A stretch of 64,000 nt of DNA from positions 1-64,000 of the IMG/VR virus record IMGVR_UViG_3300028031_000001, one strand, 5' to 3'. Within the stretch, counting starts at the first letter, position 1. Every line of letters starts with the position of its first letter. This stretch comes from a virus (lineage: Duplodnaviria > Heunggongvirae > Uroviricota > Caudoviricetes). This document shows, one piece after another, positions 28,973 to 38,567 of this stretch. Below the pieces are notes generated by a model that had not been told where the DNA came from, did no database searches, and saw only the letters and a program-made list of their open reading frames with translations. A program made the position numbers and the translations under genes.

Positions 28973-29788
28973 TCAAATATGGTCACGCAGGAACAGTTCT
29001 TCTTCAGAATCCAAAGCTGCGGGATACTACTTTTGGATGTTATATTTTATTCAAATCCTTTTATACCTTATTGATTGATAGGAAATGTATTAGAACATAG
29101 GTGGTACGCCATGTATAGCTATTTATGGTTTATTTCTATATAGGGGTTAGAGACTCTGTAGTATCCTGTAAGAGGTGTTTTCAAAAGTAATAGCGTGGTA
29201 TAGGTTAGGGTTTAAAGCGTGTCAGAATGGGCTGTATAAGGCGTATATGGTGCGTATATAGATTTTTATAGTATACCGAATAAGGCGAAAAGAAATATTT
29301 TGTGGCTAAAATGGAATTTTTTCACAATTTTAGCAAGCCCTATATGCATTTTATTTACAATACGCAATAATATTCCCCTATTGGCTAATTTCACAGAATA
29401 ATATACCCCCAAAACCCCTTTAAACAGAATATTATGCCTATTTGCGTATTTCTCACCTCAAAACCTTGACTTTCCGGATGTCAATAGTTTCAGATTAAAT
29501 AAATATACGCTTTAATTGTTTTTTTGTGCTAAAATTATAGTAACGTGTTGATTTTGCTGTAGTTTCTTAAATATTAGACAGGTTCGGTGTTTATCTTCGC
29601 CGAATCTGCCAGCGCCAAAGCTATTATAACCTAAAAAAAACATCAAAAACAAGCTATTTATTGAGAAAAAAATCGTTGGGGATTTAATTTGTGTTTTCAA
29701 TGATAATGCGGTCTGTAGAGCTACACATTCTTGTTTCCCTACGGGAAGAGACTTTTTATATTAAAGGGGCGATATGATAGGTAAAAAA

Positions 29789-29808
29789 AATGCCCCGTGA
29801 GGGGCATT
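29789..29808 (-). terminator. Rho-independent terminator for minus-strand gene 29825..30091; the hairpin is flanked by A8 on the + strand
   Basis: AATGCCCC-gtga-GGGGCATT. On the minus strand it is followed by TTTTTTTT. Confidence 0.7.
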
Positions 29809-29824
29809 AGAGAGAGTTTGGCGG

Positions 29825-30091
29825 CTATTGGTCTGCGTAATAATCTTTGTTTAATGCTTTAGCCGCATCAAACGCATAACTCGCAAACGGGAAAGGCATA
29901 TAACCTTTATGCCAGACCCAATTTAATTTTTCGGCCCTGCCCCCATCATTCCCCAAAAGAAAATATACGCGGTATGCTTCGCCACCATTGAAATGGCTTA
30001 ATGCATCAGGTTGAGCTGAATAAGGATAATGATCTGTATCTATACTATGTGCTTGAATGCCGCCAGTTGCTTGAATTTGTGTTGCTTTCAT
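29825..30091 (-). CDS. Hypothetical protein
   Basis: 88-aa ORF flanked by terminators. Confidence 0.45.
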   Translation of the reverse strand: MKATQIQATGGIQAHSIDTDHYPYSAQPDALSHFNGGEAYRVYFLLGNDGGRAEKLNWVWHKGYMPFPFASYAFDAAKALNKDYYADQ

Positions 30092-30136
30092 GTTAATTGC
30101 TCTTATTGGTTAGTAGAAATTGATTATTGCATAAAA

Positions 30137-30158
30137 AAAGGGCTAATGAAAGCCCTTT
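30137..30158. terminator. Bidirectional rho-independent terminator
   Basis: AAAGGGCT-aatgaa-AGCCCTTT flanked by an A-run upstream and a T-run downstream. Confidence 0.65.
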
Positions 30159-30470
30159 TTAGATTTTGTTTTGGACTATACCAGCTCCCTGCTACGCTTC
30201 AACGCATTAGACTTGTCCAGCCTTGCTTGCTTTGCTTTTCGTTGCCAGAGCTTGTCCTGCGCTGATTCTGAATGCGCTAATGCTAATTGAAATGCTTTTA
30301 ATTTTGATCTGCTCATAAATCCTCCGGTAACTGGCTGTCTAATTCGCCTTCGATGTCATATCGAAGATCATTATTATACATTGCCTCTTTTAGATATTCG
30401 TATACATCCGCTTTCGTTGGTTTTTCGTCAAATTCTAACGTTATTTCGACTCTCATTTTTCTATTCCCCT

Positions 30471-31088
30471 TTATTGTGGCAAAATTGCCGATACATGTAG
30501 TGCAGATACATCGTATCCGCTCCCATATATATTATTGTTGCGGTCTGCTACGTATTCACACCATGAATTCCAAAGTGTCTCGCAACCACCTATATTATTG
30601 ACTAGTTTATGATAATCAGAAATGATTTTGTTTCTGAGTTTATCGGTTTTAGCATTCTTGAATCTAGCGGCGCTGAATGTATTTGAATTAAGATCAAAGC
30701 GCTTGATATTGTGTGAATCAATACAGCCGGACAATCCAAAGCACAATTGAATCATAAAACCACCTTTAACTACACCTAAGCCCGGCAAGCCAGCAAAGTA
30801 CAACAAAAGCGCGTGCTCCGCATCAGACTCGGTTTTGCTTTGTTGGTGTATACGCATGGTAGTGTCGAAAATGCCTTGCATATTGTCCTGTGAATAGTTC
30901 CAAGCCCTTTGTTTGAAGCCAAAAAGGTATTTACTGCTTTCTTTGATATTATCTATGTCGCCCATAATATCTGGAGTTTGGTTTAAATTTTGCTGAATAG
31001 TAGCTAATACGAATTGATAAACTCTAGCCATGTTTTCTGGGTTAGTTTGGGCGAATACGCCTATTTTCTTTTGGTGCGTGTTAAACAT
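30471..31088 (-). CDS. Hypothetical protein
   Basis: 205-aa ORF; no motif recognised. Confidence 0.5.
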   Translation of the reverse strand: MFNTHQKKIGVFAQTNPENMARVYQFVLATIQQNLNQTPDIMGDIDNIKESSKYLFGFKQRAWNYSQDNMQGIFDTTMRIHQQSKTESDAEHALLLYFAGLPGLGVVKGGFMIQLCFGLSGCIDSHNIKRFDLNSNTFSAARFKNAKTDKLRNKIISDYHKLVNNIGGCETLWNSWCEYVADRNNNIYGSGYDVSALHVSAILPQ

Positions 31089-31089
31089 T

Positions 31090-31296
31090 TTAAATTCCTA
31101 ATTCTTTATTGAGTCTGCTTTCACTTGCTAGCAATTGCCGGATATCGTACTTAATATTGTTGAGCGTGATATCTATCATGCGCCGCGAAATCAGAAAACC
31201 GATCTCCCATGTTTTGACGTGTTGTAGTTCAGCCCGCAATAGATCAAGTGTTGCTTTTACGCTTTGCAGTTGTTTACGCTTTTCTAGTCTATCCAT
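31090..31296 (-). CDS. Hypothetical coiled-coil protein
   Basis: 68 aa; directly upstream of and coupled to 30471..31088. Confidence 0.4.
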   Translation of the reverse strand: MDRLEKRKQLQSVKATLDLLRAELQHVKTWEIGFLISRRMIDITLNNIKYDIRQLLASESRLNKELGI

Positions 31297-31751
31297 TTTC
31301 GTTTTCCTCTGAATTGGCCCCCATTATCATAAGTACTCTATAGTCTGTCAACCGATTGAGTAAAAATAAGTCATTTATTTTCGAGGCTCTGAAATGCTTT
31401 GTGGGCGGGCATATCTGACTGAAGGTAGCTTAGCTACGTTCGCGAAAATAAAACTGTTTAGAACGCAATTGGCGAAAGTCAAGCGTTATTTGAATTAATT
31501 TAGTTTCGAAATGTGTTGACTTTCAATTTATAGGTCTCTGGCTCCCTGTATTGCGTTCTAAGGCGTTTTATTTATACCGGTACAATGGCATTGCTAAGTC
31601 AGAAATTCACTAATAAGAATGTTTTGCATCAAGAACCGTGCCAGCTATTTATTTGGCGTAGCCTTGGTGTTTGTCTCTCCCGTTAACCAGAACATACAAC
31701 CACTATACCAGCTTTACACGCCAATACAAGCTTTTTATTTTATTTATTTTC

Positions 31752-31785
31752 TTGACTCTGTGAGTGCGAGGCGCATAATGACTGT
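31752..31785 (+). promoter_or_regulatory. Sigma70-like promoter
   Basis: TTGACT-N16-CATAAT lying 25 nt upstream of the ATG at 31810. Confidence 0.45.
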
Positions 31786-31809
31786 ACCTTAATTAAAACG
31801 AGTATCAAA

Positions 31810-32313
31810 ATGAACCATATCCAAGCATTCTTTACCTTCTTAATATCTATATCCTTTATGGGGGCTATATGCTGGTATACGTACCATGAGATACGCACCA
31901 GCCTAGAAGAGATCAAGCCTATAGCTGGCTGTAACGTAGCAGAGCACGTCTATTTTGTATCTGCTTGCTTGTCTCACCTCTCTGATGCAGATAACAGCAT
32001 TCGTAGCAATGTATTGAGTGGATACCTTTCCAACACTAACCACAGGCATATCGATGGCTGCTATGAAGGTATGGCAGAGGATAGCTATGCAGTATGCGGC
32101 AGTACCGACTATGGTCTATTACAGGCTATTAAGACCGGTTTACTGTGGGGGCAGCATAGCATTCTACATGTGAACGTAGAACGTATCTGCACGCTTCACT
32201 TTATGGCCGGCGGTAGTGAGGTAATCGGCAAACTGTACTCTCAATGGGATAAACCGATTGATACAGATTACTCACACGACGCACGTACAGGTCTGTACTG
32301 GACGATAAGCTAG
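31810..32313 (+). CDS. Membrane-anchored protein; a solitary + strand gene inside the - strand block
   Basis: N-terminal TM helix (FFTFLISISFMGAICWY). It has its own promoter and is Cys/His-rich. Confidence 0.5.
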   Translation: MNHIQAFFTFLISISFMGAICWYTYHEIRTSLEEIKPIAGCNVAEHVYFVSACLSHLSDADNSIRSNVLSGYLSNTNHRHIDGCYEGMAEDSYAVCGSTDYGLLQAIKTGLLWGQHSILHVNVERICTLHFMAGGSEVIGKLYSQWDKPIDTDYSHDARTGLYWTIS

Positions 32314-32641
32314 TATAGGCGTGCGCTAGTATACATGCGTACTAGCGCGTAGTAGGCGTGCTCTGGTGCAGGTGTTGGATAGGGTACTGGATAAGAGAAT
32401 CAGTGTGTATAATGATATGAAAAATAAATTGTTAAATGTGTTGACTGCGAGGTAAGGTATATGATACGGCTTTGAGTTTGTCATTAGGGGAATATCGTCT
32501 GTCAATAGCTTAGAGGGGTGTGCAATATGTTCCAAGCCGGTCATGAAACATTTTACACATTTTATTCCACAACCCTTACATATGCCCCACACCCCTTATA
32601 AAAAATATGACCATAACTCATTGAATTTAAACAAATTCTTT

Positions 32642-32827
32642 TTAGAGCCCAAACCGATCATCCAAATCTCTCGAAGGATCATAACTTTCACAATCTGGAG
32701 CCATACAATTTTGCCAGTGCTCATCTGAAGTTGGGGCTGGACAAATTGAATAAAACACATGACACGTATCACACCGGTAATGAGTTACTGGAATTGCATA
32801 TTCATTCATGGATTCATACAGTCTCAT
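32642..32827 (-). CDS. Small Cys-rich protein
   Basis: CDTCHVF..CPAPTSDEHWQNCMAPDC. Confidence 0.4.
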   Translation of the reverse strand: MRLYESMNEYAIPVTHYRCDTCHVFYSICPAPTSDEHWQNCMAPDCESYDPSRDLDDRFGL

Positions 32828-32830
32828 ATT

Positions 32831-33004
32831 TCACTCTTTACCCTTCAATTCCCGAAAACGCCTATTTTCCCAATATCTCTCAAAACACTCCTGATGGACA
32901 CGCTGAAAATTGGCGTATGCTATCTCAGCGTCTGCGTAACAATCTTGCTCTTCGAAGTCATGAAATATAGAACAACAGTTGTCCCTTCCGCAAATATAAC
33001 ACAT
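32831..33004 (-). CDS. Small Cys-rich protein (57 aa; not in the ORF track because it is under 60 aa)
   Basis: MCYICGRDNCCSIFHDFEEQDCYADAE... The frame is unbroken on the minus strand and tandem with 32642..32827. Confidence 0.35.
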   Translation of the reverse strand: MCYICGRDNCCSIFHDFEEQDCYADAEIAYANFQRVHQECFERYWENRRFRELKGKE

Positions 33005-33082
33005 ATTATTTCTCCATACCCTTACATATTGCCCACAGCCCTTTATTCACTAGCATTAAGTATATATTTATTTGCTATATGC

Positions 33083-33298
33083 TCATACACCTTCCGCAAT
33101 CGTATTGTCTTTGACCGGGGTGAGGCGTTGGTTCCATAAAATGGCGGCTTGCTTGTTGCTTAAACTCCCCGCTGGCCCATCTGTTTCGCAATTACCGCAG
33201 GAAATATAGTGCAAATGTTTTCCGTTAGTCTGTGGCAGTATTTCAAAATCTAACTCTTTCCTCTCACCACAAAACGGGCAGGGTTTTAGTTCACTCAT
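33083..33298 (-). CDS. Lar-like zinc-ribbon protein (restriction-alleviation family)
   Basis: MSELKPCPFCGERK ... CGNCE matches the Lar family N-terminal signature. Confidence 0.5.
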   Translation of the reverse strand: MSELKPCPFCGERKELDFEILPQTNGKHLHYISCGNCETDGPAGSLSNKQAAILWNQRLTPVKDNTIAEGV

Positions 33299-33301
33299 GC
33301 T

Positions 33302-33496
33302 CTACCTCCGCGAAGTAAATGGGACTAGCAACGAAACCAGTATCAAAAACCAACACGCAAAAAGAAGAACTTTAAGCCCACGAATCGGGTCTGGTTCCAA
33401 CAATATAGGCAGTAGGAACGCCGCCACATTCACCATAAAGAAACTGGCGCACACGGTTAGCTGAAAAATAGTATAGCAATGCTCTTTTCTGCTCAT
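33302..33496 (-). CDS. Small membrane protein
   Basis: 64 aa with two hydrophobic helices. Confidence 0.35.
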   Translation of the reverse strand: MSRKEHCYTIFQLTVCASFFMVNVAAFLLPILLEPDPIRGLKVLLFACWFLILVSLLVPFTSRR

Positions 33497-33499
33497 GCT

Positions 33500-33862
33500 C
33501 TACCTCTTGGATTCTTGCTTCATTAAATACGCCATAGTTTTATGAACACTTGGCCTACCTTGCCAACGTAGCTCCGGGTACTCGTAAGCGATAAAGGCAC
33601 TTCCAAATGTGGCAATAAAATTATTCATTTCATCCACAGCGCCTTTTGCGGCTCTTTTATAGATACCCTCCAATAGCATAATTTCGTGAACGTGGTCGCT
33701 CATTCTTTTTCTTAATCCTCCTCGGCTGGTACACATGACACCTCTAAAGAAGGGCATCCCGCCCAGTCGCATTCTAAAGCGGGAAATCTGTTCCCATTCT
33801 GTTCCCACCAAGTTTCGAAACCTTCTTCTGTGTTTTTTCCGAGAGGTTGGTTCCACCACCAT
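33500..33862 (-). CDS. Hypothetical protein
   Basis: 120-aa ORF. Confidence 0.4.
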   Translation of the reverse strand: MVVEPTSRKKHRRRFRNLVGTEWEQISRFRMRLGGMPFFRGVMCTSRGGLRKRMSDHVHEIMLLEGIYKRAAKGAVDEMNNFIATFGSAFIAYEYPELRWQGRPSVHKTMAYLMKQESKR

Positions 33863-33908
33863 TGAAAGAATTCTACTGCAATTGTTTTGGTTGTATCTTT
33901 TTCAAGAC

Positions 33909-34259
33909 TCATAACTCCGCCCCACTATCTTTCTGAAGGTGGAACATTTCAGTAATTACGTCTGTATATCTGGACATCGCACCTGTCAAACTGTGGCCAT
34001 CTTTAACAGCCAGTATTAGTTTAGATGCTGCAATTATTAGCGTGGTGGAGCTTTCTATCTGATTTAGTTCCACTTTAACTGGGTTATTTGAATTCATATC
34101 TCCTCCGGGGTTGTTTATTACAATCTTTTTTGGTATTGGTTTAACCTCTATTTTGCAGTCTGAACAATACAATATGTTAAATCCCTCTGAAGGAAGAAAT
34201 CCATATCGCAGCGTACCATTACACATTCCACAGGTGCATGGGCCTCCTGCTTGACTCAT
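33909..34259 (-). CDS. Zinc-finger protein
   Basis: CTCGMCNGT ... CSDCK. Confidence 0.4.
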   Translation of the reverse strand: MSQAGGPCTCGMCNGTLRYGFLPSEGFNILYCSDCKIEVKPIPKKIVINNPGGDMNSNNPVKVELNQIESSTTLIIAASKLILAVKDGHSLTGAMSRYTDVITEMFHLQKDSGAEL

Positions 34260-34284
34260 CGTCTATCACTCCATATATTTTTTC

Positions 34285-34470
34285 TCATTCTTCTTCCAGA
34301 TAACTTATATACTCTTCCAGAACTTGTATTTCGAAGTCGTTTTCCTGGACATCTCCCATTAAAAATCCCGATTCCGTTTCGTCAGTAATTAAATTGATCT
34401 TATGATAAATTGCACTATTGTGTAGATATAAACATTCTACCCTATTTTTTAATATTCCTATATCGCTCAT
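34285..34470 (-). CDS. Hypothetical acidic protein
   Basis: 61-aa ORF. Confidence 0.3.
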   Translation of the reverse strand: MSDIGILKNRVECLYLHNSAIYHKINLITDETESGFLMGDVQENDFEIQVLEEYISYLEEE

Positions 34471-34964
34471 CTCTTTTCTCCAAGGTTTATAATTTTAATT
34501 CCGTGATCCAAAGCCGCCCTTAGGGCCTGACCCGTACCACCTTTGACTTCTCCTCCGGGTGTCCAGCAGATTACCACGTCAACCGGCGTATCTAAGTTCT
34601 CCCCGAACATGATGTGCATATTACGTCCGTGGAACAGCTTAGCTGCGTCTGAACACCTACCCCACGCGGGATGGTAATCCATTGCCATTCCAAAAGCTTC
34701 ATCCGAGACGTTGTAGTAATAGAGTAGATATGAAAACTCTTTTAGGTGCAAATTGTGTGAAGCCCAAGGTTTAAATATCTCCGCTCGATCAGCGGCACTC
34801 TCAAAAGCGTAGTCTGCTCCATCTGCATGACCTGAACGCAGTATCCAGTTGTCATCTGTTTTTTTGTTAAACCTATGAGCTATTCCGCCCATGAGTCTCA
34901 ACACGTTGTCTGGTGTCTTGCGTGCTCCAATTCCTGCGTAGTATTTATACATATTTTCACTCAT
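34467..34964 (-). CDS. Standalone SLOG-domain (LOG/DprA/DUF2493-like Rossmann) protein
   Basis: N-terminal YAGIGARKTP and C-terminal TPGGEVKGGTGQAL resemble SLOG motifs (GxGxR ... PGGxGTxxE). Confidence 0.5.
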   Translation of the reverse strand: MSENMYKYYAGIGARKTPDNVLRLMGGIAHRFNKKTDDNWILRSGHADGADYAFESAADRAEIFKPWASHNLHLKEFSYLLYYYNVSDEAFGMAMDYHPAWGRCSDAAKLFHGRNMHIMFGENLDTPVDVVICWTPGGEVKGGTGQALRAALDHGIKIINLGEKR

Positions 34965-35275
34965 AATTTATGCGCTCTACCAGCCTTAGAATCTTTGTAT
35001 GTACAAGTTAGCCAAGGAACCCAAGAGAGGTATTTGTTGATCCAATCCGTTACCTTTAGTACATGTACGTAATGCTGATCGTATTCCTTTTGGGTGAGTA
35101 AAGGGAATCCACACAATATACACTTCTTTTTAACCAGATTAATATCTATGGTGAAGGGCAGGCTTTCGATTCCGCATTTATCACAGATTAAGGTTGACTC
35201 AGGCCACACTACTTTCTTTTCATCCATACTACCCCCTAACTCTTCTACCAAGTTCTCTAAGCATGACTCTCGCAC
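34961..35275 (-). CDS. Zinc-ribbon protein
   Basis: CDKCG ... CILCG. Confidence 0.4.
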   Translation of the reverse strand: MRESCLENLVEELGGSMDEKKVVWPESTLICDKCGIESLPFTIDINLVKKKCILCGFPLLTQKEYDQHYVHVLKVTDWINKYLSWVPWLTCTYKDSKAGRAHKL

Positions 35276-35420
35276 ACACGGCTATCATCAACTGCTTATT
35301 ATTTTCGGGTACGTCTTCCCAAGCTACTGCACTGGCCTTCCTCGTTTCGTATGCGAATGTTGGTGCCAGCTCTTCATACTGCTCGTGGAAAAATTTGGCT
35401 AGTTGTTCTGCTTCAGTCAT
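35229..35420 (-). CDS. Hypothetical protein
   Basis: 63-aa ORF. Confidence 0.3.
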   Translation of the reverse strand: MTEAEQLAKFFHEQYEELAPTFAYETRKASAVAWEDVPENNKQLMIAVCARVMLRELGRRVRG

Positions 35421-35557
35421 GAAGGTCTACCTCCGCCCAGAAAGTACCGTCTATCCATCTGGTCATAACCCTACCTCGCACGCAACTATGCTCTGATATA
35501 TCATCCATGCTCCGAGGTATTCAAAGCGAACAAATACGTCTATGTGCTCCATCATTG

Positions 35558-36100
35558 TCATATTAACAACCTCATTACCCGTCCGACTTCTTCTCGCATA
35601 TCCTGTTCGTCCGGTTGGTTGTCGAAGGCGTGCTCTATATCAGACCCCTGATCAAGGCACACTATCTGGGCTCTGTATCCATCGACCACACTGGTCTTTA
35701 CCATCATCGTAACCGCTAAGTCTGAGTCTGGTGAGCTGTCGTGAAACATACCGGGGTTTCCGTAACCGTAGGTAGTACCGGCTTCGTAAAATGTAGCGCC
35801 AATACGGCTACACAAACATGGGCCGATTAATTCAAGCCTGCTACTCTTACTACCGGGAGTACCTTGTTGCCATAAATCGGCGTTACCGTCATGGTGAGTC
35901 TTTACTGCAAACATTTCATGCCGCAGCGTACCTATTAACACGGTACTGTTGAATGTAAATCTATGGTCATGTATCCGAGCGTTTTGCACTCTGGTAGCTG
36001 GGAAGTCTTTGCTCCATATATGCAAACGCACATCTGGGGACATATAAACTTGTATGAATCCGTTGCCGTGGAAACGTGGAGTTAGTGGCTTATTCATCAT
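35558..36100 (-). CDS. Hypothetical protein, possibly a cupin / metal-dependent oxygenase-like fold
   Basis: His-rich segments (HGNGF, IHDHRF, HHDGN). Confidence 0.35.
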   Translation of the reverse strand: MMNKPLTPRFHGNGFIQVYMSPDVRLHIWSKDFPATRVQNARIHDHRFTFNSTVLIGTLRHEMFAVKTHHDGNADLWQQGTPGSKSSRLELIGPCLCSRIGATFYEAGTTYGYGNPGMFHDSSPDSDLAVTMMVKTSVVDGYRAQIVCLDQGSDIEHAFDNQPDEQDMREEVGRVMRLLI

Positions 36101-36281
36101 CAGCCTCTTCTAGGTGGATATCCAGTTTACGCTGTTTCTCCATCGCCTTCTCCAATATTATTCTGGATTTTTGATAGGTTTCGAACTTCGTTTGTTGCCT
36201 ATCGATTTCACGCATACATGTTTGTTCTAAGCTCAATAAGATATTAGCCGCGAACTGTATTTCTTGATATTCTTTCCTCAT
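36090..36281 (-). CDS. Hypothetical coiled-coil protein
   Basis: 63-aa ORF. Confidence 0.3.
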   Translation of the reverse strand: MRKEYQEIQFAANILLSLEQTCMREIDRQQTKFETYQKSRIILEKAMEKQRKLDIHLEEADDE

Positions 36282-36423
36282 ATCTTCGCTACCTCTACCA
36301 GTTTGCCAAACTCGTCACACCATTGACACTGCTGTGGTTCCCATCCATCATTGTTGCAATTACAAGGTACGGATTGACGTACCTCTGCAAGTAATTCTTG
36401 GAGATCACCTTGGGAGATATCGA

Positions 36424-36831
36424 TCATGTTTCGTACCAAGCGTCAGGTATTATGAAGGAGTCTGGGAAGGTGGGAGCTATTCCACAATAACTTGGCTCCC
36501 TCTCATTTTCATAAATGTAATAGAAGTAACTACCCAGAGCCCCTAAATATGTTGCTCTTTTCTCAGTGAACCCAATAACTTCTTCATAGGTAGGCACCTT
36601 AGACCAATCAATTTCCCTCTCAGAAGGCCCCTTACCCGTAAAGTCAGTTCTATGGAGTGATGGGTATTTAGCAGACACCAATATCCTTCCCTCCTCTGTA
36701 TAAGAAACATCATTCACCTCTAAAGGGTAGTGAGTACCATCCTGTCCATCCGAAGCCTTCACAGGGAACCAACCCTCAGAGTCACTATCAGATATAAATA
36801 CCGTGTCACCCACTTTAAATGTATCGCACAT
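36424..36831 (-). CDS. Hypothetical protein
   Basis: 135-aa ORF. Confidence 0.45.
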   Translation of the reverse strand: MCDTFKVGDTVFISDSDSEGWFPVKASDGQDGTHYPLEVNDVSYTEEGRILVSAKYPSLHRTDFTGKGPSEREIDWSKVPTYEEVIGFTEKRATYLGALGSYFYYIYENEREPSYCGIAPTFPDSFIIPDAWYET

Positions 36832-37313
36832 TACGAATCTCCCAATTTAGATGCTAAATATATAAGCATACAAGTAGACAGGATATATATAAAAACGTTC
36901 AAGTATTCTGATATAAAATTTTCAACTTTATTGCGCATCATCGCTTTCCAACACAGACCATTCACAAGTAAATTTTATATAGTCGATAAAACTACCTACT
37001 TGAAGTTCTAATTTTTTAGTAGCGCCTAGCTGATCGCAATTATCGATTAAACCGCCTATAGCCTCTGCGTTTTTTTTCAGATTTATCGCCGCATCCGGAT
37101 AAAAATATTATAAATGCAAAAATTAAAAATTTATCTTTCATTTAGATTTTTCTCAAAAACGTTAAGTATTTCCTGTACCGTAATTTCTTCATTATCAATG
37201 GCGGCTTCGATACAGCCTAAAAATAATTCTTCATCTTCTTTTCTATCATAGTATAGAAATTTAGCCATGAGGTCTGATGCTACGGCTAATATTAATTCTC
37301 TTCTATTCATAAT

Positions 37314-37514
37314 TTAAAAACTCCATATTATTTTGTAAGCGTAGTATATTGAACCAATTAAGCCGATAATCACAAATACGGCAAAAAATAATATTTGAAT
37401 GGTATGGTCTTCTGCCCAATTTGGATTGCGTTTTGTAATGTTGTGAATTATCCTACCAAATACTAAGTAAGGTATCATATATGAAGCAAACATCTGTGCA
37501 AAATATAGTGTCAT
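37314..37514 (-). CDS. Small membrane protein
   Basis: 66 aa, hydrophobic. Confidence 0.35.
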   Translation of the reverse strand: MTLYFAQMFASYMIPYLVFGRIIHNITKRNPNWAEDHTIQILFFAVFVIIGLIGSIYYAYKIIWSF

Positions 37515-37656
37515 TTTATTTCCGACCTTTTTAATTGTTTATCTAATTTTTCCGCGATATCTAGATGATATTCGGCTTCTTTCTTATGTATACGAATAAC
37601 TTCTTTTAATCGCATAACTCTGCTATGCCGCTCAACCATCGGTTTAAGTTCTGGAT

Positions 37657-37929
37657 TCATGGTTGCCACTCCCCCTCATACCTGTTGTCAACCTTGTCCT
37701 CGACTATAAGCTGGTCAACCCTTTTTTGGGCTTGGTCTATGGAGTCAAAAAACTGCGTTGTGTAGCGTAGAGGAGTGCCTTTGGAATAATATTCTACATA
37801 TATATCACTAACAATTTCATCTATCCATTCTTTTCTCCAAAAACCAGCTTGTATAGTTATATTCCTCTTTTTTCTTATGTGGTATTTTTCAGACTTCCTA
37901 TTCCTAACTATTTGATATTGTGTGTTCAT
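37657..37929 (-). CDS. Hypothetical protein
   Basis: 90-aa ORF. Confidence 0.35.
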   Translation of the reverse strand: MNTQYQIVRNRKSEKYHIRKKRNITIQAGFWRKEWIDEIVSDIYVEYYSKGTPLRYTTQFFDSIDQAQKRVDQLIVEDKVDNRYEGEWQP

Positions 37930-37938
37930 ATTTTTCCC

Positions 37939-38133
37939 CTAGTAATATTGCTCTTCTTCTTCGGATAATTTTTTACTATAAATGAAATGTTTCATGCAGT
38001 AGGATTTGTAAGATATTACAGAATTATACTCTCTAACATAAACATCGTGCTCTCCATTTGACCACGATTTAACGACTACACCTATTAGATCACCTTCTAC
38101 CACAACCACGTTTGAGAATTGAAATTTATTCAT
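37939..38133 (-). CDS. Hypothetical protein
   Basis: 64-aa ORF. Confidence 0.3.
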   Translation of the reverse strand: MNKFQFSNVVVVEGDLIGVVVKSWSNGEHDVYVREYNSVISYKSYCMKHFIYSKKLSEEEEQYY

Positions 38134-38135
38134 TA

Positions 38136-38300
38136 TTCGTGTACCTCATACCAACCCTCTACCCCGGCCCACTCATTAGCATAGTCTTCGACCATTTGAT
38201 CGAGGTTGATGCTATCTATATCAACCATTTCTGTAATCTCGTCCATATCAACTCCGGCGAAATCACAACAACCATAAAATGTTACCTTGACTTTTTTCAT
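38136..38300 (-). CDS. Hypothetical small protein (55 aa; below the ORF-track cutoff)
   Basis: MKKVKVTFYGCCDFAGVDMDE... fills the gap between flanking minus-strand genes. The tracked + strand ORF 38112..38312 here is its antisense. Confidence 0.3.
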
Positions 38301-38518
38301 GCTTGTTCGTAATTTTCTAAAAAGAATAACCCAGCAACAAGCTGTTGGTCTTCCGGGTCTTTCGGGTTGTGCGCGATCATATCTCCCGGTATAGGTGAAC
38401 CATTGTTCCTGTCGGCTGCTGATATCGACACCCTTGTCATGTCGGTATCTTTATCCCAAGGACGCATTGGTTGCAAACTCTTTTTTCTGTATAAGGTGTA
38501 GTCTTCAATTTCATTCAT
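38297..38518 (-). CDS. Hypothetical protein
   Basis: 73-aa ORF. Confidence 0.35.
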   Translation of the reverse strand: MNEIEDYTLYRKKSLQPMRPWDKDTDMTRVSISAADRNNGSPIPGDMIAHNPKDPEDQQLVAGLFFLENYEQA

Positions 38519-38567
38519 AAACGCCTTCCTTTGGATTTGTGCATATCTACATTCTTCAGGTTATGAT

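Noticed and set aside
30029-30601. + strand ORFs 30029..30265 and 30353..30601
   Set aside because: They overlap the bidirectional terminator hairpin and minus-strand genes. A short minus-strand ORF of 48 aa at about 30316..30462 (MRVEITLEFDEKPTKADVYEY...) with an RBS is more plausible but falls below the size cutoff, so it is not listed as a feature.
32543-33139. + strand ORFs 32543..32728, 32731..32970 and 32759..33139
   Set aside because: The minus strand here carries two tandem Cys-rich ORFs (32642..32827 and 32831..33004) and the Lar-like gene, consistent with the surrounding block. The + strand frames look like antisense artefacts.
35094-35496. + strand ORFs 35094..35402 and 35194..35496
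   Set aside because: They are antisense to minus-strand Zn-ribbon genes with a better coding appearance, and no promoter or RBS was found.
38112-38312. 66-aa + strand ORF
   Set aside because: It is antisense to a 55-aa minus-strand ORF (38136..38300) that fits the operon polarity.
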